A stretch of DNA of 64,000 nucleotides from Candidatus Eiseniibacteriota bacterium (GTDB lineage Bacteria; Eisenbacteria; RBG-16-71-46), in assembly GCA_031370785.1 (NCBI GenBank), contig JANMQY010000042.1:9612-73611 (forward strand), written 5' to 3'. The translations under genes were made by a program, and so were the position numbers. Within the stretch, counting starts at the first letter, position 1, and each line of letters begins with the position of its first letter. The notes beneath the pieces were generated by a model, which was not told where the DNA came from, ran no database searches, and saw only the letters and a list, made by a program, of their open reading frames with translations. This document shows positions 23,328 through 32,054 of the stretch, in pieces.

Positions 23328-24533
23328 TCACGCTCCGTATTTGTCGAGACGCCCGGCGTTGGCAAGCAATACCGCAATCAGATCGCGGCTGGCAAGCACT
23401 CCGAGGCTGCCCGCCCGCGCGGTGCGCTCGCAGAAACGCGGCGCGAGGTCGGCCCCGGCGAACTCGGCGTGCACCATGACCGGCACCGGATGCCAGGAAT
23501 GGCCCTTCATCGGGACTGGAGTCGAGTGGTCGCCGGTCACGCACAGCACGTCGGGAGCCAGGGCCAGCAGGGCCGGCAACGCGGCGTCCACCTGCTCGAT
23601 GGTGGCGACCTTGGCTTCGAAGTTCCCGTCCTCGCCGGCCATGTCGGTGCCCTTGATGTGGATGAAGAAGTAGTCGAACTCGCCCCAGCGCGAGGCCGCG
23701 GTCGCAAACGCCTGCTGCGCGCCGTCGGCAGTCGGGATCACGCTCATCCCCGCCAGCTCCGCGACCCCGCGATACATCGGGTATGCAGCGATCGCGCACG
23801 CGCGCAGCTTGAACCGCTCGAGATAGCCCGCCAGATGCGGGCGCGCCGAGAGCCCGCGCACCAGCACGGCGTTGGCGGGATGCTCGCCCTCGAGGATTTC
23901 GCGCGCGCGGGCGATGAAGGCATTCACGATGCGCGCGGCCTTCTCCGACCCCGGATCCTTTCCCAGCGCGTGCGCGGGAGGGATCGGCTTGCCCTCGTGA
24001 TGCGGATCGGCGTCGCTCACCTCTCCCGCGAGGCCCGGGCCACGCAGCACCACGACGAAGCGATGACCCATGCCGGCGCGCATCACCAGGTCCACGTCTT
24101 CGATGGGTGCGACAGCGCTGGTGAGCTTTGCCACGAGTTTCGCACTGATCTCGCCCGAGATCCGGCCGGCGCGACGGTCGGCGACGATGCCGGCGCCATC
24201 CACGGTGCAGAAGTTGGCGCGCGCCGCCACGTCGCCCTTCTGCAGCGGCACGCCGGCGCCGAGCGCCTCGAGCACGCCGCGTCCGACCTGGTGATCGATG
24301 GGGTCGTAGCCAAACAGACCCAGGTGACCCGGGCCGCTGCCGGGAGTGATGCCGGGCGCGACCGGCAGCAGGCGCCCGAGCGCCGAGCGCGGCACGATCG
24401 CATCGAGGTTGGGAGTGCGCGCCGCTTCGAGCGGAGTCCGATCGGCGCGCTCGGAATTCGGAAGATCGCCGAGTCCGTCGAGCACCAGCAGCACGATCCT
24501 GGTCGAGTTTTGGAGAACCAGAGTTTCCAGCAC
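23328..24533 (-). CDS. apgM: 2,3-bisphosphoglycerate-independent phosphoglycerate mutase (ApgM type)
   Basis: LDGLGD, TPLEAARTPNLD, PGSGPGHL, GRGVLEA, TGDHSTP and HSWHPVP. Start approximate. Confidence 0.92.
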   Translation of the reverse strand: MLETLVLQNSTRIVLLVLDGLGDLPNSERADRTPLEAARTPNLDAIVPRSALGRLLPVAPGITPGSGPGHLGLFGYDPIDHQVGRGVLEALGAGVPLQKGDVAARANFCTVDGAGIVADRRAGRISGEISAKLVAKLTSAVAPIEDVDLVMRAGMGHRFVVVLRGPGLAGEVSDADPHHEGKPIPPAHALGKDPGSEKAARIVNAFIARAREILEGEHPANAVLVRGLSARPHLAGYLERFKLRACAIAAYPMYRGVAELAGMSVIPTADGAQQAFATAASRWGEFDYFFIHIKGTDMAGEDGNFEAKVATIEQVDAALPALLALAPDVLCVTGDHSTPVPMKGHSWHPVPVMVHAEFAGADLAPRFCERTARAGSLGVLASRDLIAVLLANAGRLDKYGA

Positions 24534-24558
24534 CGGGCGAATCACGTACGCACACCGC

Positions 24559-25035
24559 TCATGCGCGGGGAGCAAGCGGCTGGACCACTTCGGTCTTCCA
24601 CCGGGCCGGGTCGGGCTCGACTCCGGGGCCGGTCACGTACAGCTCCCAGTTGGGTCCCGCCGCGGCGCGGCCGTGCGACTTCGCCCACGCGGTGAGCGCG
24701 GCCCCGGCATCGGGCAGGCTGCGGTAGGGCCCGACGTGAACCGTGGAAACCACCTCGCCCGCGGGCAGCGTGCCCGCCTTGATGCGTCCCTTGCCTTTGA
24801 TTCCCGGCGGCACCGGAAGGCCGGCCTCGATCACCACTTCCTCGGGGCCGATTTCATGGTATCGCGTGAACGGCGGTCCGGCGGGCGTCCCGCCCTGCGC
24901 GGTGATGTACTGCCAGACCTCGGGCAGAAACTCCCCAATCGTCGCGCTCAGGTTCGTGATGCGGGTCCGTCCGGTGATGCTCAGCGTCGGCTGGGCCGCC
25001 ACGTTCTTCACCGCAACCTCGTACTCGTGGCCCAT
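24559..25035 (-). CDS. GyrI-like small-molecule-binding domain protein
   Basis: AGPPFTRYH, EAGLPV, HVGPY, WELY and W-TEV pattern. Confidence 0.8.
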   Translation of the reverse strand: MGHEYEVAVKNVAAQPTLSITGRTRITNLSATIGEFLPEVWQYITAQGGTPAGPPFTRYHEIGPEEVVIEAGLPVPPGIKGKGRIKAGTLPAGEVVSTVHVGPYRSLPDAGAALTAWAKSHGRAAAGPNWELYVTGPGVEPDPARWKTEVVQPLAPRA

Positions 25036-25046
25036 CGCACTCCCCC

Positions 25047-25583
25047 TCAGCCCGCGAGTCCGTAGCGTTCGCGCAGCAGCGCGACGTGATGCCGCTCGTG
25101 GCCGGCGATGATCCAGGCCAGCGTGCGGACGCTCACCGCCTGGCGGTTCGCCTCGCCCTGGCGCTCGAGTGCAGCGGGTTCCAGCGCGCCGAAGAACGCA
25201 AGCGTGGCGCCTCGCACCGCGCCGCAGGCGTCGGCGAGCTGCGCCACCGGGAAACGGTCGCAGTTCGCGGCCGGCACGTAGGTCGTCTCGTCGAAACCCG
25301 GAAGCGGCGTGGCATCCGCGCGCGCGAACCGCATCGCGCGGTACGAGAACACGCGCTCGGCGTCCGTCAGGTGACCGAGCGTGTCCTTCACGCTCCACTT
25401 GCCGGGCGCGTAGCGATGGAGCGCCTGCGCATCGGTCAGGGTCCGCGTCAGACGCAGCGTGCCTTCGATCTGAGTGGCGAGCGCCTCGAGCGCGTCGTCT
25501 CCGGGCACGAGGTCGATGTACTTCCCGTAGTAGGGCGCGAATTCGCCCGCGGCCGGGCGCGGGATCACGAGTGTTGCGGGCAT
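25047..25583 (-). CDS. DinB-family protein
   Basis: YAPGKWS, GHLTDAERV, PGFDE and AGHERHH metal-binding histidines. Confidence 0.85.
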   Translation of the reverse strand: MPATLVIPRPAAGEFAPYYGKYIDLVPGDDALEALATQIEGTLRLTRTLTDAQALHRYAPGKWSVKDTLGHLTDAERVFSYRAMRFARADATPLPGFDETTYVPAANCDRFPVAQLADACGAVRGATLAFFGALEPAALERQGEANRQAVSVRTLAWIIAGHERHHVALLRERYGLAG

Positions 25584-25807
25584 GAGGCGGCTCCCAGAAG
25601 TGAAGAAGTCTCGAATGATCGCGGGATGCGCGGAGTCTACACCATGGCCTGCGACCGCCGCGACGGGATCGCGGCGCACCAGTTAAGACGCGGCGTCGCT
25701 CGGGCAGTGGTGCGGCGCTTGTCTGGGGCCGGTCGCCTCCCCTATTCTCCGGCGCCGGTTTTCCAGAGGTTCGACCCGTCAATCAACCAGTGCGGAGACT
25801 CTTCTCG

Positions 25808-26674
25808 ATGGCGATCAAGAAAGTAGGCGTGGTGGGCTGCGGACTGATGGGCTCGGGCATCAGCCAGGTGAGCGCACAGGCCGGGTTCCCGACCGTCGTG
25901 CACGAAGTGTCGCCGGCCGCGCTCGAGCGGGGCATGGGCCTGATCACCAAGTTCCTGAAAGGGGGCGTCGAGAAGAGCAAGCTGACTCAGGCCGACATGG
26001 ACAGGACGCTCGCCAACATCAGCACGACGACCGAGCTCAAGGATCTGGCGGATTGCGACCTGGTGATCGAGGCGATCGTCGAAAACCTGCAGGCGAAGAG
26101 GGATCTGTTCGGCGCGCTCGATTCGATCGTGAAGCCCGGCGCGATCTTCGCCTCCAACACTTCGAGCCTGCTGATCACCGAGATGACCACGTTCGTGAAA
26201 CGCCCCGAGAACTTCATCGGCCTGCACTTCTTCAATCCGGTGCCTCTGATGAAGCTGGTCGAGGTGGTGAAGACGGTGCGCACCAGCGCCGAGAGTCTGA
26301 AGGCCGCGAACGAGTGGGTGGTCAGGATCGGCAAGACCGCGGTGAACTGCGGCGACTCGACCGGGTTCGTCGTCAACCGGCTTCTGGTGCCCTATATGCT
26401 CGACGCGATCCGGGTGTTCGAACAGGGGCTCGCGGGGCGTGACGACATCGACAACGCCATGAAGCTGGGATGCGGCTACCCGATGGGGCCGCTGTTCCTC
26501 ACCGACTACGTGGGCATCGACACCACCTACTACATCTCGCAGATCATGTTCGACGAGTTCAAGGAGCCGCGCTTCGCCGCGCCGCCGCTGCTCAAGCGGA
26601 TGGTGCTGGCCGGTCTTCATGGTCGCAAGACCGGTCGCGGCTTCTACGACTGGAGCACCAACCCCCCGTCGTGA
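25808..26674 (+). CDS. 3-hydroxybutyryl/3-hydroxyacyl-CoA dehydrogenase
   Basis: GCGLMGSG, EAIVE, ASNTSS, GLHFFNP, GFVVNR and YPMGP. Upstream TTGTCT-N18-TATTCT. Confidence 0.93.
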   Translation: MAIKKVGVVGCGLMGSGISQVSAQAGFPTVVHEVSPAALERGMGLITKFLKGGVEKSKLTQADMDRTLANISTTTELKDLADCDLVIEAIVENLQAKRDLFGALDSIVKPGAIFASNTSSLLITEMTTFVKRPENFIGLHFFNPVPLMKLVEVVKTVRTSAESLKAANEWVVRIGKTAVNCGDSTGFVVNRLLVPYMLDAIRVFEQGLAGRDDIDNAMKLGCGYPMGPLFLTDYVGIDTTYYISQIMFDEFKEPRFAAPPLLKRMVLAGLHGRKTGRGFYDWSTNPPS

Positions 26675-27180
26675 TCGCCGACCCCGCGCTCCGCGGGCGG
26701 GCGGTAGCCGCATTTTTCGTCGCGGTCGAACCCGCCCTGTTCGCCGACCTCGACGAGTCGGGCGTGCTGCCGCGCGCCGACGAGATCCGATCCGCCGCCA
26801 TCCGCGGCGAGTGGCAATGCTTCGCGCTCTACGCCTGCGTCCGCGGACTGGTCGCGGCCGGCGGCTTCAACCGCGAGACCGCGCTCGCCATCGACGCGCT
26901 GCATCAGGACGTGCTCGAGGCATGGCGCCTCGAGAGCGGCGAGGGGCCGGCGTTCGATGAGCGGCGTGCGCGGATCGCCGAGCGCTACGCCGAGTACGGA
27001 CGGATCGGGCAGGAAGGCGGCGCCTCAGGCGCAGCGACGGTCACGCAACGTCTCGGCGAAGCGGCCGCCCGCCACATCGCCGGCGACAAGGCGGCGCACC
27101 CGGATCTCGCCGCGCTGATCGGTGGGCTGCACGAGGCGCTGGCCGAGGGTGCGGCCGAGGCGATTCGCCGTGCCGAGTGA
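26671..27180 (+). CDS. Hypothetical protein (alpha-helical)
   Basis: GTG overlaps the dehydrogenase stop (GTGA). Reading frame is GC3-rich and gives a protein-like sequence (VIADPALRGRAVAAFF...). Confidence 0.6.
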   Translation: MIADPALRGRAVAAFFVAVEPALFADLDESGVLPRADEIRSAAIRGEWQCFALYACVRGLVAAGGFNRETALAIDALHQDVLEAWRLESGEGPAFDERRARIAERYAEYGRIGQEGGASGAATVTQRLGEAAARHIAGDKAAHPDLAALIGGLHEALAEGAAEAIRRAE

Positions 27181-27727
27181 GCGGCCCGGCGCGAGCCCGT
27201 TCCCGGATGTCGCGTATCCTCCGCTCGCGCCGCTGATCGACGTGATCGCGCGGCTCGAGCGCGCCGGCATCGAGTGCGCGCTCGGTGGCAGCGCGCTGCT
27301 TGCCCACCTTCACCTGACCCGCGAGGTGCGCGACTGGGACGTCACCGCCGAGGCCGACCTCGCTGAGATTCGTGTGGCGCTCGGCGGTCTCCCCGGCGAA
27401 GAGTTCGGCGAGAGCGGCGTGCACGCGGACCACAAGCTGGCCCTCACCGGCCTCGACGTCGAGGTGATTGCGCGCCTCGCGTTTCGCACCGCTCGCGGCG
27501 TCTGCCGGATCCCGACCCGGATCAGCGCGCGGGTAGAGGGCATCCCGATGGCGAGCCCTGAAGCCTGGGCCGTCGCGTATGCGCTGCTCGAGCGCGCGGA
27601 CAAGTCCGAGCTGCTGTTCGGGTATCTCGCGAGAAGCGGCGCGGAGCGCGAGGTGTGCGAGGCGTTCCTCGCCCAACCGCTGCCCGACCCGCTTGCCGCA
27701 CGGCTCAGGCGCCTGCCCTTCAAGTAG
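27170..27727 (+). CDS. Putative nucleotidyltransferase-fold protein
   Basis: LGGSALL...TREVRDWDV fits the GS...DxD pol-beta NTase signature, with a later acidic strand (LDVEV). Confidence 0.6.
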   Translation: MPSERPGASPFPDVAYPPLAPLIDVIARLERAGIECALGGSALLAHLHLTREVRDWDVTAEADLAEIRVALGGLPGEEFGESGVHADHKLALTGLDVEVIARLAFRTARGVCRIPTRISARVEGIPMASPEAWAVAYALLERADKSELLFGYLARSGAEREVCEAFLAQPLPDPLAARLRRLPFK

Positions 27728-28226
27728 TGCGTGAAGTGTCGAGCAGGGCGCGGAGCGCGTTCTCCGGGAGACCGTACTGGTACCAGTCGGTGTTCGCGCG
27801 CATCGCGCCCAGCGCTTCGTAGAAGCGAATGGATGGCTCGTTCCAGTCGAGCACGTTCCAGTCGAGGCGGAAGCATCCGCGCTCGAGCGCGCGACGCGCG
27901 ACCGCTTCGAGCAGAGCACGGCCCGCTCCGTTTCCGCGATGCGCCTCATCGACGAACAGGTCTTCGAGCCACATCATCGGACGGGTGCGGAACGAGGAGT
28001 AAGTCGGATAGAAGAGCGCGTAGCCGATCAAGACGCCCTCAGCTTCGGACACCACGCACTCGAGCAGCGGCCCCGGTCCGAACAGATGCTCGCCGAGCGC
28101 CTCGCGCGATCCGACGACGAATTCCTGCAATCGTTCGTACCGGGCGAGCGCGTGCACCATCTCCCAGATACGCGCGAGATCTTCCGGGCGTGCGGGCCGT
28201 ACCCTGGCGGCTTCGGGCGCGCTCAC
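27720..28226 (-). CDS. GNAT N-acetyltransferase (polyamine acetyltransferase-like)
   Basis: LARYE, WLEDLFV, RGNGAG and [12 protein letters not shown]. Confidence 0.88.
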   Translation of the reverse strand: MSAPEAARVRPARPEDLARIWEMVHALARYERLQEFVVGSREALGEHLFGPGPLLECVVSEAEGVLIGYALFYPTYSSFRTRPMMWLEDLFVDEAHRGNGAGRALLEAVARRALERGCFRLDWNVLDWNEPSIRFYEALGAMRANTDWYQYGLPENALRALLDTSRTT

Positions 28227-28642
28227 TCGCCGATCACCTTGATCAGGACGCGCTTCTTCCTCTTCCCATCGAATTCGCCGTAGAAGATCCGCTCCCACGG
28301 ACCGAAGTCGAGCCGGCCTTTCGTGATCGCCACCACCACTTCGCGCCCCATCACCTGGCGTTTGAGATGCGCATCGGCATTGTCCTCGCCGGTGTCGTTG
28401 TGCCGGTACTGGGAGACGGGTGCGTGTGGCGCGAGCTTCTCGAGCCATACGTCGTAGTCGTGATGCAGACCGGACTCATCGTCGTTGATGAAAACGCTGG
28501 CGCTGATGTGCATCGCGTTCACCAGCACGAGCCCTTCGCGCACGCCACTGGCCTCGACCGCGCGCTCGACCTGGGCGGTGATGTTCACAAAGCCGCGGCG
28601 TGCCGGCACGTTCATGGTCAGGTACTCGGTGTGGGCGAGCAT
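28223..28642 (-). CDS. yjbQ: YjbQ/UPF0047 family protein
   Basis: [19 protein letters not shown] and [13 protein letters not shown]. Confidence 0.9.
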   Translation of the reverse strand: MLAHTEYLTMNVPARRGFVNITAQVERAVEASGVREGLVLVNAMHISASVFINDDESGLHHDYDVWLEKLAPHAPVSQYRHNDTGEDNADAHLKRQVMGREVVVAITKGRLDFGPWERIFYGEFDGKRKKRVLIKVIGE

Positions 28643-28711
28643 GGTTCGGAGCCTAGCAGACCTACGAATCGGCTTGAATCCGCCCCGCCGCCCCTCTAAA
28701 AAGAGTCGATC

Positions 28712-30631
28712 ATGCTCGCCGCAACGAAGCGCTCCGCCTCCGATCCGGGACCCGCGCTGGTCATGCTGTTCGCGGTGACCCTCGGCCTGGTCCTCCGGCT
28801 CACCCCGGGGCTGCTCGATCCCGGCATCCAGTTCCAGTCCGACGGAGCGTTCCACGCCCGCATGGTGAGGACGGTTCTGGAGAAGGGCGCACTGCCCGCA
28901 CGCGACACGTTGAGCAACGCGCCCGAGGGTCGCGACGTCGGCGCGCTCCTGCCGCCCGGGCTCTATCACGCGGCTGCGGCTTTCCATCGGATGCTTCCAT
29001 GGGGCGATGTCACCGGGGAGAGCGGACGCCGCGCGCTCGAGGTCAGCCTGATGGTGTTCGTGGCGCTGGCGGGGGCGCTGGTCGCGGTGCCGGCCTGGTT
29101 CGCCACTCGCGCAATCTCGGGAGATGTCCGCGGCGCGGCATGCGCGGCGCTTGCGATCGCGGTGCTGCCCGCCCACCTGCACCGCACGTTCGGCTACTGG
29201 CTTCGCTACGACGCACTTGGAACGCTGCTGATCGTGACCCATCTCGCGTTCCTGTTGCGCGCGCTCCGTCACCACCGCGGGGTATTCGATTCGCTCGGCG
29301 CCGCGCTGGCGCTTGCGGCCGCGCTCGCGGTGTGGCGCGTCGCGCTGGTCATCCCCGCGCTCGAGGCCGCCTTCGTGCTTGGGCGCGTGGCGTGGCGCGG
29401 AGCGGAACGCGAGGTGCGAGACGCCTTTCTTCCCACCGCGCTGGTCGCGATACTCTCGTGCTTCGCTCTTCGATATCTCGCCGTGATGCGCTACGCGCTG
29501 AGCTTGCCCTCGCTTCTGGTGGTCGCCGCGGCGCTGGCGACGCTCGCTCCGAGGCTCAGGCCGGGTCGCGCACGCGCGGCGTGGCGGCTGACCGCGGTGG
29601 TCGGGCTGGTTGCGCTGGCATGGTTGGGCACACTGCTCGGCGGCACGCCGTCGCCCTATGCCTCGATCCTGCGTCTGCTCGCGGCGCGCGCATCGGGGGC
29701 GCGCTTTGCCGTCGACCCGATCACCTCGCTCATGCTCAACGTCGAGGAGCTGTTCGCGCTTCCGCCGCTCTATCTGTTCGCCCCGCAGCAACTGTTCGCG
29801 GCGGGAGTGTGGTTCGCGGCTGCGCCGCTGGTGCTGTTGTGGGGACGCGGTCGGGCCGGCATCGCGCGGGCGGCGCCGGCGTCGGCCCTGCTCGCGTTCT
29901 TCGCGCTCGCGTTGACGGCTTTGACGCTTCTGTTCTATCGCGACAAGGTCTTGCTCGCCCCGGTGGTTGCGATCGTGCTCGGCTGGGTGTGGGCGACGCT
30001 GCTGCGCGTGCCCGCCGCGAACGCCTCGGGAGCGGCGGCGCGCCGCGGAGGCGCGAAGCGCACGGGCGGCGGAACGAATCTCGCGCTCCGCCTCGCGTTC
30101 GTGGCGTGTCTGTCGGCCACCGCCGTCGCCGGCGGAATGCTCGCGCTGTCGCGTCGCTCGCGGCTCGATCCCGACCTCGACGCCGGCCTTCGCTATCTGC
30201 GCGAGCACACCCCAGCCGGCGCACGAGTCGCGAGCCTCTGGGAGTACGGCTACGACATCGAGAGCACTGCCGATCGCGCGACTCTGGTCGACGGCCTGCT
30301 CGAGAGTCCGCTCAATCAGCGACGCATTCTCGAGCTGGATGCGGCGTTCATGGCGCCCGGACCCGACTCGCTCGCGCACCTGTGCCGCCGGCGCGGTGCA
30401 GGCTGGGTGCTGGTGCCGCCCGCCGACCTGCTGTACACCGTCGCGCGGCTCACCAACGAGAAGCTCGCCGCCGACCTGCTGCGCGGAGATCCCCCCGAAG
30501 GCGAGGACCTGAACCGGGCGCTGGTCCGCCTGATGCTGCCCGAGGCGGCGGCGCCACCGTTCGAGCCGATGTTCGCGAGCGGCGCGTGGCGCGTGTACCG
30601 AGTGAGCGGCGGCGCGCCCTCCAAACCTTGA
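28712..30631 (+). CDS. STT3/PglB/AglB-like oligosaccharyltransferase homolog (GT-C) with variant motifs
   Basis: SDGAFHAR ... [11 protein letters not shown] ... PPGL resembles STT3 loop EL1. Also [15 protein letters not shown] and [22 protein letters not shown] (compare SWWDYGYQI..ANRTTLVDN). About a dozen hydrophobic segments followed by a soluble C-terminal domain. Confidence 0.75.
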   Translation: MLAATKRSASDPGPALVMLFAVTLGLVLRLTPGLLDPGIQFQSDGAFHARMVRTVLEKGALPARDTLSNAPEGRDVGALLPPGLYHAAAAFHRMLPWGDVTGESGRRALEVSLMVFVALAGALVAVPAWFATRAISGDVRGAACAALAIAVLPAHLHRTFGYWLRYDALGTLLIVTHLAFLLRALRHHRGVFDSLGAALALAAALAVWRVALVIPALEAAFVLGRVAWRGAEREVRDAFLPTALVAILSCFALRYLAVMRYALSLPSLLVVAAALATLAPRLRPGRARAAWRLTAVVGLVALAWLGTLLGGTPSPYASILRLLAARASGARFAVDPITSLMLNVEELFALPPLYLFAPQQLFAAGVWFAAAPLVLLWGRGRAGIARAAPASALLAFFALALTALTLLFYRDKVLLAPVVAIVLGWVWATLLRVPAANASGAAARRGGAKRTGGGTNLALRLAFVACLSATAVAGGMLALSRRSRLDPDLDAGLRYLREHTPAGARVASLWEYGYDIESTADRATLVDGLLESPLNQRRILELDAAFMAPGPDSLAHLCRRRGAGWVLVPPADLLYTVARLTNEKLAADLLRGDPPEGEDLNRALVRLMLPEAAAPPFEPMFASGAWRVYRVSGGAPSKP

Positions 30632-30757
30632 GGCCTCCGCCAACCCTCTGCTAACGTGCCGCGCCGTTCGCACCCGCGTCATGGGACGGTGCATCCAACT
30701 CCGCGATCCCGTTCTCAATTTCAGGTGTGCCGTTTCTCAAACGCAAGGAGTAACCCC

Positions 30758-31984
30758 GTGCCCAGCAGTGGACTCCCCGAAATCGTGATCGTTTCCGGCG
30801 CGCGCACGCCGATGGCCGAATGGGTGGGCGGCAAGCGTGGGGACGGGCTGCCCGGAGGCGCGCTCGCTTCGGTTTCGGCAATCGACCTGGGCGCGGCCGC
30901 GGCTCAGGCCGCGATCCAGCGCGCCGGGATCTCCCCGGACGTGATCGACCACGTGGTGATGGGCAATGCGCTGCAGACTTCGGGCGATGCGATCTACGGG
31001 GCGCGGCACGTCGCGCTCAAGGCCGGGGTGCCGATCGGAGTTCCGGCGCTCACCGTCAATCGCCTGTGCGGGTCGGGGCTGCAGAGCGTGATCAGCGGCG
31101 CTCAGATGATCCAGCTGGGCGAGGCGAGCTGGGTGCTGGCCGGCGGCATGGAGAACATGAGCCAGGCCCCGCACGTGCTGCGCGGCGCGCGCTCGGGATT
31201 CCGCCTCGGAGCGACGCCGCAGCTCGAGGATTCGCTGTTCGTGGCGCTCAAGGACAGCTACTGCGGCTGCTTCATGGCACAGACTTCGGACAACCTGGCG
31301 CGCAAGTTCGGCATCACCCGCGAGCAGCAGGACGCCTTCGCGCTTCGGTCGCACGAGCTCGCGAATGCCGCGAACAACAACGGCCGGTTCGCCGAGGAGC
31401 GCATCCCGGTCGAGGTGAAGCAGGGCAAGAAGAGCGTCACCGTCGACAAGGACGATCACCTCTTCCCGAACACCTCGCTCGAGAAGCTGGCGGCGCTGCC
31501 TGCGGCGTTCGGACCCGAGTCATTCGTGACCGCGGGCAACGCCTCGGGCGTCGTGGACGGCGCGGCGGCGGTGGTGGTGACCGCCGCCACCAGCGCGAAG
31601 GCCGGCGGGCACACACCGCTCGGCTACGTTCGCGCGTATGCCAGCGTCGGCGTGCCGCCCGAGACCATGGGCTACGGCCCGGCGCCCACGATCCGCAAGA
31701 CGCTCGAGAAGGCGGGGCTCAAGCTCGACGCGGTCGACCTGTTCGAGATCAACGAAGCGTTCGCCGGCCAGTACCTCGCGGTCGAGAAGGATCTGGGATT
31801 GGATCGCGACAAGGTAAACGTGAACGGCGGTGCGATCGGACTTGGCCATCCGCTCGGCGCGACCGGCACGCGCCTCATCTACACGCTGCTGATCGAGCTC
31901 GCCAGGCGAGGCAAGCGTTTCGGCATCGCCAGCGCCTGCATTGGTGGCGGTCAGGGCATCGCGGTGCTGGTCGAACGCGCGTAG
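30758..31984 (+). CDS. Acetyl-CoA C-acyltransferase (thiolase)
   Basis: NRLCGSG, NEAFA, GHPLGATG and CIGGGQG. AAGGAG RBS before the GTG. Confidence 0.95.
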   Translation: MPSSGLPEIVIVSGARTPMAEWVGGKRGDGLPGGALASVSAIDLGAAAAQAAIQRAGISPDVIDHVVMGNALQTSGDAIYGARHVALKAGVPIGVPALTVNRLCGSGLQSVISGAQMIQLGEASWVLAGGMENMSQAPHVLRGARSGFRLGATPQLEDSLFVALKDSYCGCFMAQTSDNLARKFGITREQQDAFALRSHELANAANNNGRFAEERIPVEVKQGKKSVTVDKDDHLFPNTSLEKLAALPAAFGPESFVTAGNASGVVDGAAAVVVTAATSAKAGGHTPLGYVRAYASVGVPPETMGYGPAPTIRKTLEKAGLKLDAVDLFEINEAFAGQYLAVEKDLGLDRDKVNVNGGAIGLGHPLGATGTRLIYTLLIELARRGKRFGIASACIGGGQGIAVLVERA

Positions 31985-31992
31985 CGGCTCGC

Positions 31993-32038
31993 AAATGCAT
32001 CGGGCCCGGCTTCGAAAGAGGCCGGGCCCGATGCATTT
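31993..32038. terminator. Bidirectional intrinsic terminator-like hairpin
   Basis: AAATGCATCGGGCCCGGC-TTCGAAAGAG-GCCGGGCCCGATGCATTT, an 18-bp inverted repeat between convergent genes. Confidence 0.8.
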
Positions 32039-32054
32039 CTGGCGGACGCGCCGG

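Noticed and set aside
22183..24555. Apparent long N-terminal extensions in the ORF track (also ribH 5797-7338, 44685-46283, 58673-60061 and 40780-41862)
   Set aside because: The extensions overlap other real genes or rRNA in a different frame. Internal starts with an RBS or stop-start coupling explain the genes better.
28223..30718. 831-aa minus-strand ORF suggesting a giant YjbQ fusion
   Set aside because: Only the last 139 aa are YjbQ. The rest is antisense to the STT3-like gene.
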